From positions 1-46,435 of the forward strand of contig JBBSLW010000001.1 of the NCBI GenBank assembly GCA_038233495.1: a stretch of DNA of 46,435 nucleotides, given 5' to 3'. Origin of the DNA: Chthoniobacterales bacterium (lineage in GTDB: Bacteria; Verrucomicrobiota; Verrucomicrobiia; Chthoniobacterales; UBA10450). The notes under the pieces are model-generated. The model saw only the letters and a list, made by a program, of their open reading frames with translations, did not search any database and was not told the origin of the DNA. The position numbers and the translations under genes were made by a program. Shown here piece by piece: positions 26,920-36,081 of the stretch; the first letter of the stretch is position 1, and every line of letters begins with the position of its first letter.

Positions 26920-28239
26920 ATGTCCCAATCCGTTCGTTCCGCGCCCACCCGGGGTCTTTGGAAAATCATCGGGGCGGCCTCAGCCGGGACGCTGATCGAG
27001 TGGTACGACTTCTATCTTTTCGGCAGCCTCGCGACCGTCATCTCCACGCACTTTTTCCCGCCCGGACATCCGACCGCGGCCTTTCTCTCGACGCTCGCAG
27101 TCTTTGCCACCGGCTTCATCGTGCGGCCGTTCGGCGCGCTCGTTTTCGGCCGGCTCGGCGATCGCGTGGGACGCAAGCACACCTTTCTCCTCACTCTTCT
27201 CCTAATGGGCGGCTCGACTTTTGCCATCGGTCTTTTGCCCACTTACAAAACGATCGGGCTGCTCGCGCCCGTCCTGCTCGTTCTCCTGCGCCTCTTGCAG
27301 GGCCTCTCGGTCGGCGGCGAATACGGCGGCGCGGCGACTTATGTGGCCGAGCATTCGCCCGATGCGCAGCGCGGTTTTTACACCGGCTGGATTCAAACCA
27401 CCGCCACGCTCGGACTGCTCATGTCGCTCGGTCTCATCCTCGCCACCCAGCGTCAGCTCGGCGCCGTCGACTTCGCGGCCTGGGGCTGGCGGGTGCCTTT
27501 TCTGTTTTCGGTTTTGCTCGTGATTCTCTCCTACTACATCCGCGCGCGGATGGCGGAGTCGCCGCTCTTCGCGCAGGCGAAATCCGCCGGCAAACTCTCC
27601 GACAGCCCGCTCCGCGAAAGCTTCCTCAACAAAGCCAACCTGCGGCTCGGCCTGCTCGCGCTCTTCGGCGCGGTCGCCGGTCATGGGGTCGTTTGGTACA
27701 CGGGGCAGTTTTACGCGCTCTTCTTTTTGCAAAAAGTAGCGCACGTCGAGTTCGTCGCTTCCAATCAAATCCTCGCCTGGTCACTCGTCCTCACGACGCC
27801 GTTCTACGTCGTCTTCGGCGCCCTCTCCGATCGCATCGGCCGCAAGCCGGTCATGCTCGCGGGCTGCGCGCTGGCCGCGATTTTCTTTGTCCCGGTTTAC
27901 CACGGGCTCCTCCATTTCTCTACACCGCTCAACTTCCCGATCCTCGTCGCGCTCGTTTCCTTTCAAATGCTTTTCGGGACGATGACCTACGGGCCGCTGG
28001 CCGCATTTTTGGTCGAGCTCTTCCCCACGCGCATTCGCTACACCGCGATGTCGCTTCCATATCATCTCGGCATCGGCGTGCTCGGCGGGCTCACTCCGCT
28101 CATCGCCTCCGCCCTCGTCGCGCAGACGGGCAACGAATACATGGGCCTCGCCTACCCGATCGTCGGCGCGGTCGTGACCGTGATCGTCGGCGCGGCTTTC
28201 ATCCGGGAAAAACGTGGCGTCCGGCTTGACGAAGTGTAG
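26920..28239 (+). CDS. MFS metabolite:H+ symporter family transporter
   Basis: 12-TM-like profile with LIEWYDFYLFGSLA and FGRLGDRVGRKHTFLLTL motifs typical of the MHS (ProP/KgtP-like) family. ATG at 26920. Confidence 0.8.
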   Translation: MSQSVRSAPTRGLWKIIGAASAGTLIEWYDFYLFGSLATVISTHFFPPGHPTAAFLSTLAVFATGFIVRPFGALVFGRLGDRVGRKHTFLLTLLLMGGSTFAIGLLPTYKTIGLLAPVLLVLLRLLQGLSVGGEYGGAATYVAEHSPDAQRGFYTGWIQTTATLGLLMSLGLILATQRQLGAVDFAAWGWRVPFLFSVLLVILSYYIRARMAESPLFAQAKSAGKLSDSPLRESFLNKANLRLGLLALFGAVAGHGVVWYTGQFYALFFLQKVAHVEFVASNQILAWSLVLTTPFYVVFGALSDRIGRKPVMLAGCALAAIFFVPVYHGLLHFSTPLNFPILVALVSFQMLFGTMTYGPLAAFLVELFPTRIRYTAMSLPYHLGIGVLGGLTPLIASALVAQTGNEYMGLAYPIVGAVVTVIVGAAFIREKRGVRLDEV

Positions 28240-28267
28240 CCGTTCCGCTCGGCCACGCGGGCGTGGA

Positions 28268-29220
28268 TCAATAAAACTCGCGGTAACTGCGGGCGTTGGC
28301 TTCCAGCTTTTGGCGCAACACTTTTTGCGGATCGCTCCCCTTGCCCTTCTGCAAAACCAGCGCCAGGCAAGCCGCACCATCCCGACGAAATCGTCAATCG
28401 CGACATACTCTTCCGCGATCGATTGCTCCGGCGTGATGTTGTGATAATTGCCGAGCGCGAGACTGGCCGCGGCGCAGGTGTAGCCGTAAAGCTGGTAAGC
28501 CGTCGCCTCGCACGTCCCGCCGTCGAGCAGGCAGCGTTGCACCGGGATTTTCTCGGCCACGGCCGCGCTCAGGAGCCGCAAGGTGGCTGGCCCATCGAAG
28601 CTCGAAACTTTGTCCCCGATCCGCACAATCGAACCTTTGCCGATCTCCGCCGTGCCCCGCGGCGTGCTCGTCTCGAGGGAAAGAATCGTCAGGCTGGTGG
28701 GCAGCACCCCGGAACGCGCGAGCTCGATCGCGCCGACAAATCCGACTTCCTCCGCGCGGGTGAAGAGGCCGACGCAATGCGCCTGCGCGCCGCGCTCTTC
28801 CAGTTCGCGAAAGAGACAAAGGATCTCCGCGCAACCGAGCAGATCGTCACAGGCGCGCGAATGAATCTGCCGCGCGCGAATCTCGTACGGCGCCAGATCC
28901 CACATCTCGAAGTCGCCGAAGGATTTCGTCCGCGGATTTTGCCGCAGCGCTTCCGGGACCGAGCCGAGAAACTTCATCGCCCCGGCCTTCGTCCGCACCC
29001 AGCCGGGATGATCCATGTGCGCGGCAAAAGCCCATTCCGCCGCGCGCCGGCCGCGGCGATAATGGGCGATCACATTTCCAAAAGCATCCCGCTCGAATTT
29101 CACGTGCGGGCATTTGCGCAGCTGCGCCTCGATCTCCGCCCGCACCGCTTCTTCGTGAAACGGGGCGGTCGGCTGCCGGGTCAGGGCCGCGACCACCGCG
29201 AGCATTTCCTTTTCGCGCAT
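28268..29220 (-). pseudogene. M42/M28-like metallopeptidase-family hydrolase with apparent frame break near its 3' end
   Basis: The N-terminal ~280 aa are coding-like (HMDHPGW, RACDDLLGC, FTRAEEVGFVGA). After ...DDFVGMVR (about 28365-28380) the in-frame continuation becomes R/E/D-rich antisense of the MFS gene. A shifted frame instead reads ACLALVLQKGKGSDPQKVLRQKLEANARSYREFY-stop at 28268. Confidence 0.5.
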
Positions 29221-29225
29221 CAGGC

Positions 29226-31259
29226 CTAACGATCTGCCAACTGCGCGAGCGAAACAAACTCGCTCTCATGCAACACGACCGGTTTCGTCCCGCGGAGGAG
29301 CTTCCACCATTGCCAGGCACAGCCGGCCACGATCAAAAAGACGAGGACGAGAAAAGCGAGCGCCACGAGCGCATCGAAACGCCAGATCCAGGCCTGGCGC
29401 GCGAAATCCACGTTGGTCGGCGCGGCCGCAATTTTCAGGTCGAGCAGGTCCGCGCCGCTCAGGAAACCGATCCGCGGATCGGGCGAGAGAATCTTGAGAT
29501 AACCGGCCGAGAAAGTAACCACGATCATGAAGGCGAGCGGGACGAGCGTGGTCCAAAGGTAGCGCGTTTTGCCCATCTTGATCAGAATCGTCGTGCCGAG
29601 ACAGAGCGCGATGACGGAGAGGAGTTGATTGGCCAAGCCGAAGAGCGGCCAGAGGCTGTTGATCCCGCCTAACGGATCGAGCACGCCCTGGTAAAGGAAC
29701 CAGCCCCAGGCCGCGACGAGAAGCGCGCTGGCCAGAATATTGGCGCTCCACGAGCGGGTGTTGCCGAGCGGAGCCCAGGCCTGGCCTAACAAGTCCTGCA
29801 AAAGAAAACGACCGACCCGCGTCCCGGCATCGAGCGTGGTCAGAATAAAGAGCGCCTCAAACATGATCGCGAAGTGATACCAGAGCGCGAGCGCGGTCGG
29901 GTTGGCCGTGATCCGCGAGAACATGTGCGCCATCCCGACCGCGAACGTAGGCGCGCCACCCGCGCGGCCAAACATCGTGCTTTCGCCCAGCTCAGCCGCG
30001 AGTTGCTTCATCTCCGGCTCGGTCACCGGGAATCCCGCCGCGGAAACGGTCGCGACCACTTCACTCGGCGCGCCCTTCGCGTTGATCGCAAAATATTGCC
30101 CCGGCGGAAGGACGGACGCCGCGACCAGGGCCATGAGCGCGACCATCATCTCGACCACCATCGCGCCGTAGCCAATGTCGCGAATCCGCGTCTCGCTCTC
30201 GATCATCTTCGGCGTCGTGCCCGACGCGATAAGCGAATGAAATCCGGAAACTGCGCCGCAGGCGATCGTGATGCAGACGAAAGGAAAGACCGGCCCGGCA
30301 AAGACGAGGCCAGAGCCATCGATGAAACGGGTCAGGGCCGGCATCTGCAGGGTCGGATGAATCACGATCACGGCGAGCGCGAGCGCGGCGACGGTGCCGA
30401 GCTTGAGAAAAGTGCTGAGATAATCCCGCGGCGTAAGGAGGAGCCAGACCGGCAAGGCCGAGGCGGCGAAGCCGTAAAACATCAGCGCCCAGGCGAGCGA
30501 CTTTTGGTCATAACGAAACCAGTGTTCGATCGCCGGATACTGGGCGAGGAACTGCCCGCCCCAGACCGAGAAGAGCAGGCCTAACAAACCGAAAATCGTC
30601 ACCCAACCGACCCCGACCCGGCCGCTGCGCAGTCCGATTCCCATCAGGACCGCGATCGGAATCGTCATCGCAATCGTGAACACGCCCCATGGGCTTTTCG
30701 CCAGCGCCTGCACGACGACGAGCGCGAGCACGGCGAGGAGAATGACCATGATGGCGAGGACGCTGATCAGCGCCAAGGTACCAACCGCGGTCCCGATCTC
30801 TTCCTTGACCATCTGGCCGAGCGTCTTCCCGCGCCGGCGGACCGAGGCGAAGAGCACGATCATGTCGTGCACTCCCCCACCTAACGTTGCTCCAATCAGA
30901 ATCCAGAGCATCCCCGGCAGATAACCAAACTGCGCCGCAAGCACCGGCCCAACGAGCGGCCCGGGCCCGGCGATCGCGGCGAAGTGATGGCCGAATGCCA
31001 TCCAGCGATTGGTCGGGACGAAGTCCTTGCTGTCATCCACGACGAGCGCGGGGGTGGCCCGCTCGTCATTCAAGACCAGCACTTTTGCCGCCAGCCATTT
31101 GCTGTAGAAACGGTAGCTGATCACCATCGCGCAAAGGCCGGCGGTCACGATCCAGAGCGCGTTGATCGGTTCGCCCCGCGCGAACGCCGCGACCGCAACG
31201 GAGGCCGCGCCGAGGAGAGCGATGCCGAACCAGAGAAGGAATTTTAGGATCCGAGTCAT
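29226..31259 (-). CDS. cstA: carbon starvation protein A (CstA family peptide/pyruvate transporter)
   Basis: MTRILKFLLWFGIALLGA... (ATG at 31259), polytopic, with CstA-like blocks (FGHHFAAIAGPGPLVGPVLAAQFGYLPG, ACGAVSGFHSLIASGTTPK). Confidence 0.88.
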   Translation of the reverse strand: MTRILKFLLWFGIALLGAASVAVAAFARGEPINALWIVTAGLCAMVISYRFYSKWLAAKVLVLNDERATPALVVDDSKDFVPTNRWMAFGHHFAAIAGPGPLVGPVLAAQFGYLPGMLWILIGATLGGGVHDMIVLFASVRRRGKTLGQMVKEEIGTAVGTLALISVLAIMVILLAVLALVVVQALAKSPWGVFTIAMTIPIAVLMGIGLRSGRVGVGWVTIFGLLGLLFSVWGGQFLAQYPAIEHWFRYDQKSLAWALMFYGFAASALPVWLLLTPRDYLSTFLKLGTVAALALAVIVIHPTLQMPALTRFIDGSGLVFAGPVFPFVCITIACGAVSGFHSLIASGTTPKMIESETRIRDIGYGAMVVEMMVALMALVAASVLPPGQYFAINAKGAPSEVVATVSAAGFPVTEPEMKQLAAELGESTMFGRAGGAPTFAVGMAHMFSRITANPTALALWYHFAIMFEALFILTTLDAGTRVGRFLLQDLLGQAWAPLGNTRSWSANILASALLVAAWGWFLYQGVLDPLGGINSLWPLFGLANQLLSVIALCLGTTILIKMGKTRYLWTTLVPLAFMIVVTFSAGYLKILSPDPRIGFLSGADLLDLKIAAAPTNVDFARQAWIWRFDALVALAFLVLVFLIVAGCAWQWWKLLRGTKPVVLHESEFVSLAQLADR

Positions 31260-31440
31260 GGCGGCGGCGGAATTATAGCCGCCTGAAGAGGCTGACGACA
31301 ACCGCAGATCTGAGAAACTGGACGAGCGGAAGCTCGTCCCCACGGGGGGTCATGCTTCCGCATGACCAGTTTCAGAAGCGAAAGTCGGAACTCGCCAAGC
31401 CGACTCGACAGAGTCTCGCTCCACCGAGTGGGAACTCGCG

Positions 31441-34098
31441 TCAACCCAACGAGTCGCGCATCTGCTTGAGCTGCTCGAGCTGGTCCGCGAAATCCGCTTC
31501 GCGCTGGCGATGTTCCGCCACGACCGCGGCGGGGGCGTTGGCGACGAAGTTCTCGTTCGCGAGCTTCTTTCGCACCGTGACCAGCTCGGCCTCGATCTTC
31601 GCGATTTCCTTGCCGAGCCTCGCGCTTTCCACTTCGAGATCGATCAACCCTTCGAGCGGGAGATGGAGTTCGCCGAGCGGCGTGAGCGCGGTCGGTGTTC
31701 CTTTCGGCGGAGCGTAATCGGAGGCGAGTTCGAGACGTTCGGCGTTGAGCAGGATGCGGAGCGAGGCCGCTTCTTCCTCGGGCAACTCCTTTGCCGGCCG
31801 CAGAACGAAGGTAACCCGCTTGTTCGACGCGATCTTGAAGTCGCGCCGCAGCCCGCGGCCCACCGCGACCGTTTCGTATTTGGCGTTGGCGAAATTCTCG
31901 TCCTCAGGCGTGAGCCCGTAGTGCGCCTTGAAAGCGTCGTCGAGCGGCTCCGGCCAATGCGCGAACTGGATCGTGCGGCCGCCCTGGTCCTCCGGCAGAT
32001 CGGTGTTGAAGCCGAGCCCGTGCCAGAGTTCTTCGCTGATGAAGGGCAGAAAGGGATGAAACAAACGCAGGGTGTGCCCGAGGATGAAATCGATCACCGC
32101 GAGCGTGTTCGCCTTCCGCGGACCCGGCGCATCTTCCCCCGGCAGCCCGAGCGCCGCCTTGCTCGCTTCCAGATACCAGTCGCAATATTCGCTCCAGAAA
32201 AACCGGTAAAGGGTCTGCGCCGCTTCGCTGAAATTGTATTCGTCGAGCGCCGCGCTGACCGCGCGAATCGCGGCGTCGAGCCGGAGCAGGATCCACTTGT
32301 CGTCGCTCGTGAGGAGCGCGGGGTTGATCTCGCCCTCGGTTTCGCCGCCGTGCATCTGGCGAAAGCGGGTCGCGTTCCAGAGTTTGTTTGAGAAATTGCG
32401 GCCTTCCTCGATCTGCTTCTCGTCGTAGCGAATGTCCTGCCCGCTCGGGGCGATCCGCATCAGGCCGAAACGGACGCCGTCGGCGCCATATTTCGCGATC
32501 AGGTCGAGCGGATCGGGCGAATTGCCTAACGACTTGCTCATCTTCCGTCCCTGCCCGTCCCGGATCAGGCCAGTGAAGAAGACGTCGCGGAAAGGCGCCT
32601 GGTCCGTGTATTCGAGGCCGGCCATGATCATGCGCGCGACCCAGAAAAAGATGATGTCGGGCGCGGTCACGAGATCGCTCGTCGGATAAAACTTCGCCCG
32701 GGTCGCGTCATCCATCGTCTCAAAGGGCCAGAGCCAGCTCGAGAACCAGGTATCGAGCACGTCGGGATCCTGCGTCCAGTTTTCCGGGTCGGCCGGCGGC
32801 TCGACCGCTACGTGCAGCTTGGTGGGATCGTCTTTTGCGTACCAAACCGGGATACGGTGTCCCCACCAAAGCTGACGGCTGATGCACCAGTCCTGGATGT
32901 TCTCCAGCCAATGCTGGTAAACCGTTTCCCAGCGTTCGGGATGGAAATGGATCGCGGCTTTGGGCCCGACAGCGGCGCGCGATTCCTCGACGCGCGGGTA
33001 TTTTAAAAACCATTGCTCACTCAGGCGCGGCTCGATCGGAACGCCGGCGCGCTCGCTAAAGCCGACCGTGCTTTCGTGCGGTTCTTCTTTCGCGAGCAGG
33101 CCGCTCTCCGCGAGCAGCTCGGCCGCCTTCTTGCGCGCCACAAAACGATCGAGACCGTCGAGCTCAGGGACGCTGGGGCAATTGATCGTGCCGTTGGGAT
33201 GAAGGACGTCGATCACCGCCAGGCCGTGCCGTTGACCGATTTCGAAATCCACCTTGTCGTGCGCCGGGGTCACTTTCAGAACCCCGGTCCCGAATTCCGG
33301 ATCGATGCCCTCGTCCCCGACCATCGGCAACTCCGCGCGGTCGAGCGGACGCCAGACTTTTTTGCCTAACGAAGACTTGTAACGCTCGTCGTTCGGGTGC
33401 ACCGCCAGGGCGACGTCCGCCATGATCGTCTCCGGCCGGGTGGTCGCGACTTCGATAAATTTGCCCGACTCCTCCACCAGCTCGTAGCGCACGTAGTAGA
33501 GCGCAGACTTCTGCGGCGTCGGGATGACTTCTTCATCGGAGAGCGCGGTCAGCGCGACCGGGTCCCAGTTCACCATCCGTTTCCCGCGATAGATCATCCC
33601 CTTGCGATGGAGATCGACAAAAGTGCGCTGGACCGCGCGCGAGTAGTCCTCATCCATCGTGAAGCGCTCGCGCGACCAATCGCAGGAGCAGCCGAGCCGT
33701 TTCAGTTGCTCGATGATGATGCCGCCGTGTTTTTCCTTCCACTGCCAGATGCGCCTGACGAATTCCTCGCGACCGAGATCGTGCCGAGTCTTTTTTTCCT
33801 CCTTGCGCAGCTGGCGCTCCACCACCGTCTGGGTGGCGATGCCGGCGTGATCCATCCCCGGAAGCCAAAGCACTTCCTTGCCCTGCATGCGGGCACGCCG
33901 TGCGAGGATATCCTGGATGGTGTTGTTGAGGACGTGGCCAAGGGTCAGGACGCCGGTCACGTTCGGCGGCGGCATGACAATCGAATAGGCCGGCTTGGCA
34001 GAAGCCGGGTCCGCCTGGAAACAGCCGTCGGCCAGCCAGCGCGCGTACCACTTCGCCTCGACTGCCTGAGATTCGTAAGCCTTGGGAATTTCCGCCAT
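31441..34098 (-). CDS. valS: valine--tRNA ligase
   Basis: 885 aa with a HIGH-type motif (PPPNVTGVLTLGHV), KMSKSLGN and a C-terminal coiled coil. Confidence 0.95.
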   Translation of the reverse strand: MAEIPKAYESQAVEAKWYARWLADGCFQADPASAKPAYSIVMPPPNVTGVLTLGHVLNNTIQDILARRARMQGKEVLWLPGMDHAGIATQTVVERQLRKEEKKTRHDLGREEFVRRIWQWKEKHGGIIIEQLKRLGCSCDWSRERFTMDEDYSRAVQRTFVDLHRKGMIYRGKRMVNWDPVALTALSDEEVIPTPQKSALYYVRYELVEESGKFIEVATTRPETIMADVALAVHPNDERYKSSLGKKVWRPLDRAELPMVGDEGIDPEFGTGVLKVTPAHDKVDFEIGQRHGLAVIDVLHPNGTINCPSVPELDGLDRFVARKKAAELLAESGLLAKEEPHESTVGFSERAGVPIEPRLSEQWFLKYPRVEESRAAVGPKAAIHFHPERWETVYQHWLENIQDWCISRQLWWGHRIPVWYAKDDPTKLHVAVEPPADPENWTQDPDVLDTWFSSWLWPFETMDDATRAKFYPTSDLVTAPDIIFFWVARMIMAGLEYTDQAPFRDVFFTGLIRDGQGRKMSKSLGNSPDPLDLIAKYGADGVRFGLMRIAPSGQDIRYDEKQIEEGRNFSNKLWNATRFRQMHGGETEGEINPALLTSDDKWILLRLDAAIRAVSAALDEYNFSEAAQTLYRFFWSEYCDWYLEASKAALGLPGEDAPGPRKANTLAVIDFILGHTLRLFHPFLPFISEELWHGLGFNTDLPEDQGGRTIQFAHWPEPLDDAFKAHYGLTPEDENFANAKYETVAVGRGLRRDFKIASNKRVTFVLRPAKELPEEEAASLRILLNAERLELASDYAPPKGTPTALTPLGELHLPLEGLIDLEVESARLGKEIAKIEAELVTVRKKLANENFVANAPAAVVAEHRQREADFADQLEQLKQMRDSLG

Positions 34099-34172
34099 GG
34101 GCAGGAATCATCGAAGAGCGCGAGGCGATTGCAAAACGAAAAGACCGACCGCGCTGTGCTACCTTGGCCGGC

Positions 34173-34535
34173 ATGGAAAAGGTCAACCTGGAGGAGAAAT
34201 TCGCGAGCTTTGCCGAGCATTGGCGACCCAAGATCATCGGCGAACTGAACGGCCAGGAAGTGAAAGTAGTGAAGTTCCAGGGCGAATTCCCGTGGCATCA
34301 CCACGAGGCGGAGGATGAACTTTTTCTCGTCTGGAAGGGTCAGATGCGGATCGAATTCCGCGATCGGATCGTGGAGCTCAAGGCGGGCGAGTTCCTCGTT
34401 GTCCCGCACGGGATCGAGCACCGCACTGCGGCCGATACGGAAGCCGAGGTCGTCCTCTTCGAGCCGGCGGCAACGCGCAATACCGGGAGCGCGGACCAGT
34501 CCGAATTCACCGCGCCGGGCGGCGTGCGAATCTAG
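34173..34535 (+). CDS. cupin domain protein
   Basis: MEKVNLEEKF...GEFPWHHHEAEDELFLVWKGQM...GEFLVVPHGIEH is a two-motif cupin signature. I prefer the ATG at 34173 over the TTG at 34164. Confidence 0.75.
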   Translation: MEKVNLEEKFASFAEHWRPKIIGELNGQEVKVVKFQGEFPWHHHEAEDELFLVWKGQMRIEFRDRIVELKAGEFLVVPHGIEHRTAADTEAEVVLFEPAATRNTGSADQSEFTAPGGVRI

Positions 34536-34562
34536 GCCGGCTGCCGTTTCGATTCGGGCAAT

Positions 34563-34703
34563 TTAACCGACGTAAGTGCCGGCGCTCATCCCGAGCAGGC
34601 CGAGCAACGTCGCGCTGAATTCCCGAGCTCGTTGTAAACGTTGGCTACGAACATGATCCCGAGGATCAGCGTCCAGACGAAAATCTGGAAGCGAGGAAGC
34701 TGA
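34563..34703 (-). pseudogene. start-less, frame-broken remnant of a membrane-protein C-terminus
   Basis: The minus-strand translation gives ...RFQIFVWTLILGIMFVANVYNELGNS. After a frame change it reads SATLLGLLGMSAGTYVG-stop (TAA is the complement of 34563-34565). There is no start codon, and a TGA closes the frame upstream. Confidence 0.3.
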
Positions 34704-34823
34704 TGAGATTGTTCTCTGCCAGCAGGTCATACTTTGAGTTTCGGTCCCGGCACTGCTTATCTATTTCCTCGTCCGATCCGCATCCAGTTAAGACGACCCA
34801 CTGCCGAAGTTCTTCCAGAAGCG

Positions 34824-36077
34824 CTAGTGAATGCTTAACTCAGCCGGTTCAGCCAGTCGCAGACCGGCATCAACGCTGGCGGTCGCAACGGGAGTGCTTT
34901 GCGACGACTCGGGTACCTGAGGCCGAAGACTCTGGCGGCAAAGCCACGTCACCGTCTTTACCGCCAGTTCCACTAATAAGAACGGCTTGACGATGAAATC
35001 ATTTCCGCCGCTCAAGACGGATCGCGCTTGCGTTCCGAAATCGGAATGGGCAGTGACAAACACGACCGGTGTCGTGCGATTCTGAGGCATCTCGCGCAGT
35101 CCGAGACAGAGATCAAGGCCGCTCTTTCCTGGCATTTCCACATCGAGAAAGATCAGGTCAAAGTGTTCTTCCCTGAGGAGCTGCTCGGCCGAGAGCGAGT
35201 CGCCCAGACTGACAACGTCGAGTTTCGCCCGGCGCAGAGCCGAGCAGATCGTCTCGCGCGAAATCGCTTCGTCGTCCACCACGAGAATCCGGGGTGACCC
35301 CAAGGCTTGAGGAGATGAAACGGTCGCTTCATCCGTTAGGTGCGCCAGCATATCGATGGCCTGACCCAAGGTGTTTACGGCCGACGCCGTGATCTTCTTC
35401 GGCTTTCCGCACAACTCAATGAGCAAGGCTTCCACGCCATTGGCCAACTGTGCGATCTTCCCAAAGCCAAGAACCGTGGCCGCACCCGCCAGCGTGTGAG
35501 CGCGCATGTGCATCTCCATCAGCTCTTCGCCCCGAAGATTTTCCTCTTCTGTCCGGGCCAGGGTCAAATAGCCAGTCCTCATCCGGGCCAGCGCCTGCCG
35601 TGCCTGGGCCAGAAAGGTCGCCAGCAGTTCGTTCCGCACCGGAGCTTCCGCAATGACTTCGCTCTCCCTCCCGGGCTCAGCGTGGCCGCCCAGCATTTGG
35701 GAGATCAAACTCACCATTTCGGCCGGGCTATTTTCTGACTTCGAAAGAAGCTTCGTCGCGCCAGCTGCATCCGCTTCGCGCGCCTGCTGCCCAAGGTAGG
35801 AGTTGGAACAAACGATCACCGGCAGCGCTTCGGAAGGAAACTCCGCTCGGATATTGCCGATCAGTTCAACTCCATTCGTCCTAGGCAGGCATAAGTCTAA
35901 AATCACCAGGCTAATTCCGCCTTGCTGTAAAACGCGCATCGCTTGCGCTCCGTCCGGGGCGACCTCCGTTTTGAAACCCCGGCGGAGAAGCTTCTCCTGG
36001 TAGAGCTGCACGACGATTTGATCCTCATCGACGATCAGGATCGTCTTCTTCTTGGTCGGCGTATAGACTCGTTTCAT
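34824..36077 (-). CDS. REC-HPt-REC phosphorelay/response regulator protein
   Basis: The ATG at 36077 (MKRVYTPTKKKTILIVDEDQ...ILDLCLPRTNG) gives receiver 1. The central part is HPt-like (MHMRAHTLAGAATVLG). The C-terminal part is receiver 2 (RILVVDDEAISR...LIFLDVEMPGKSG...VKP). The start lies 4 nt after the kinase stop. Confidence 0.8.
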   Translation of the reverse strand: MKRVYTPTKKKTILIVDEDQIVVQLYQEKLLRRGFKTEVAPDGAQAMRVLQQGGISLVILDLCLPRTNGVELIGNIRAEFPSEALPVIVCSNSYLGQQAREADAAGATKLLSKSENSPAEMVSLISQMLGGHAEPGRESEVIAEAPVRNELLATFLAQARQALARMRTGYLTLARTEEENLRGEELMEMHMRAHTLAGAATVLGFGKIAQLANGVEALLIELCGKPKKITASAVNTLGQAIDMLAHLTDEATVSSPQALGSPRILVVDDEAISRETICSALRRAKLDVVSLGDSLSAEQLLREEHFDLIFLDVEMPGKSGLDLCLGLREMPQNRTTPVVFVTAHSDFGTQARSVLSGGNDFIVKPFLLVELAVKTVTWLCRQSLRPQVPESSQSTPVATASVDAGLRLAEPAELSIH

Positions 36078-36081
36078 CGGA

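Noticed and set aside
27781-28267. The 3' 160 codons of the 479-aa peptidase-like ORF, considered as a genuine C-terminal domain overlapping the MFS gene.
   Set aside because: The composition is typical antisense noise (RADDHGHDRADDRVGEAH..., EDDVERRREDE). An alternative frame gives a clean C-terminus and stop at 28268.
31260-31440. Possible small gene or RNA in the 181-nt cstA-valS gap (track ORFs 31256-31444 and 31352-31717).
   Set aside because: The translations are not protein-like. The gap is better explained by a half-copy of the 44215-type repeat plus the cstA promoter region.
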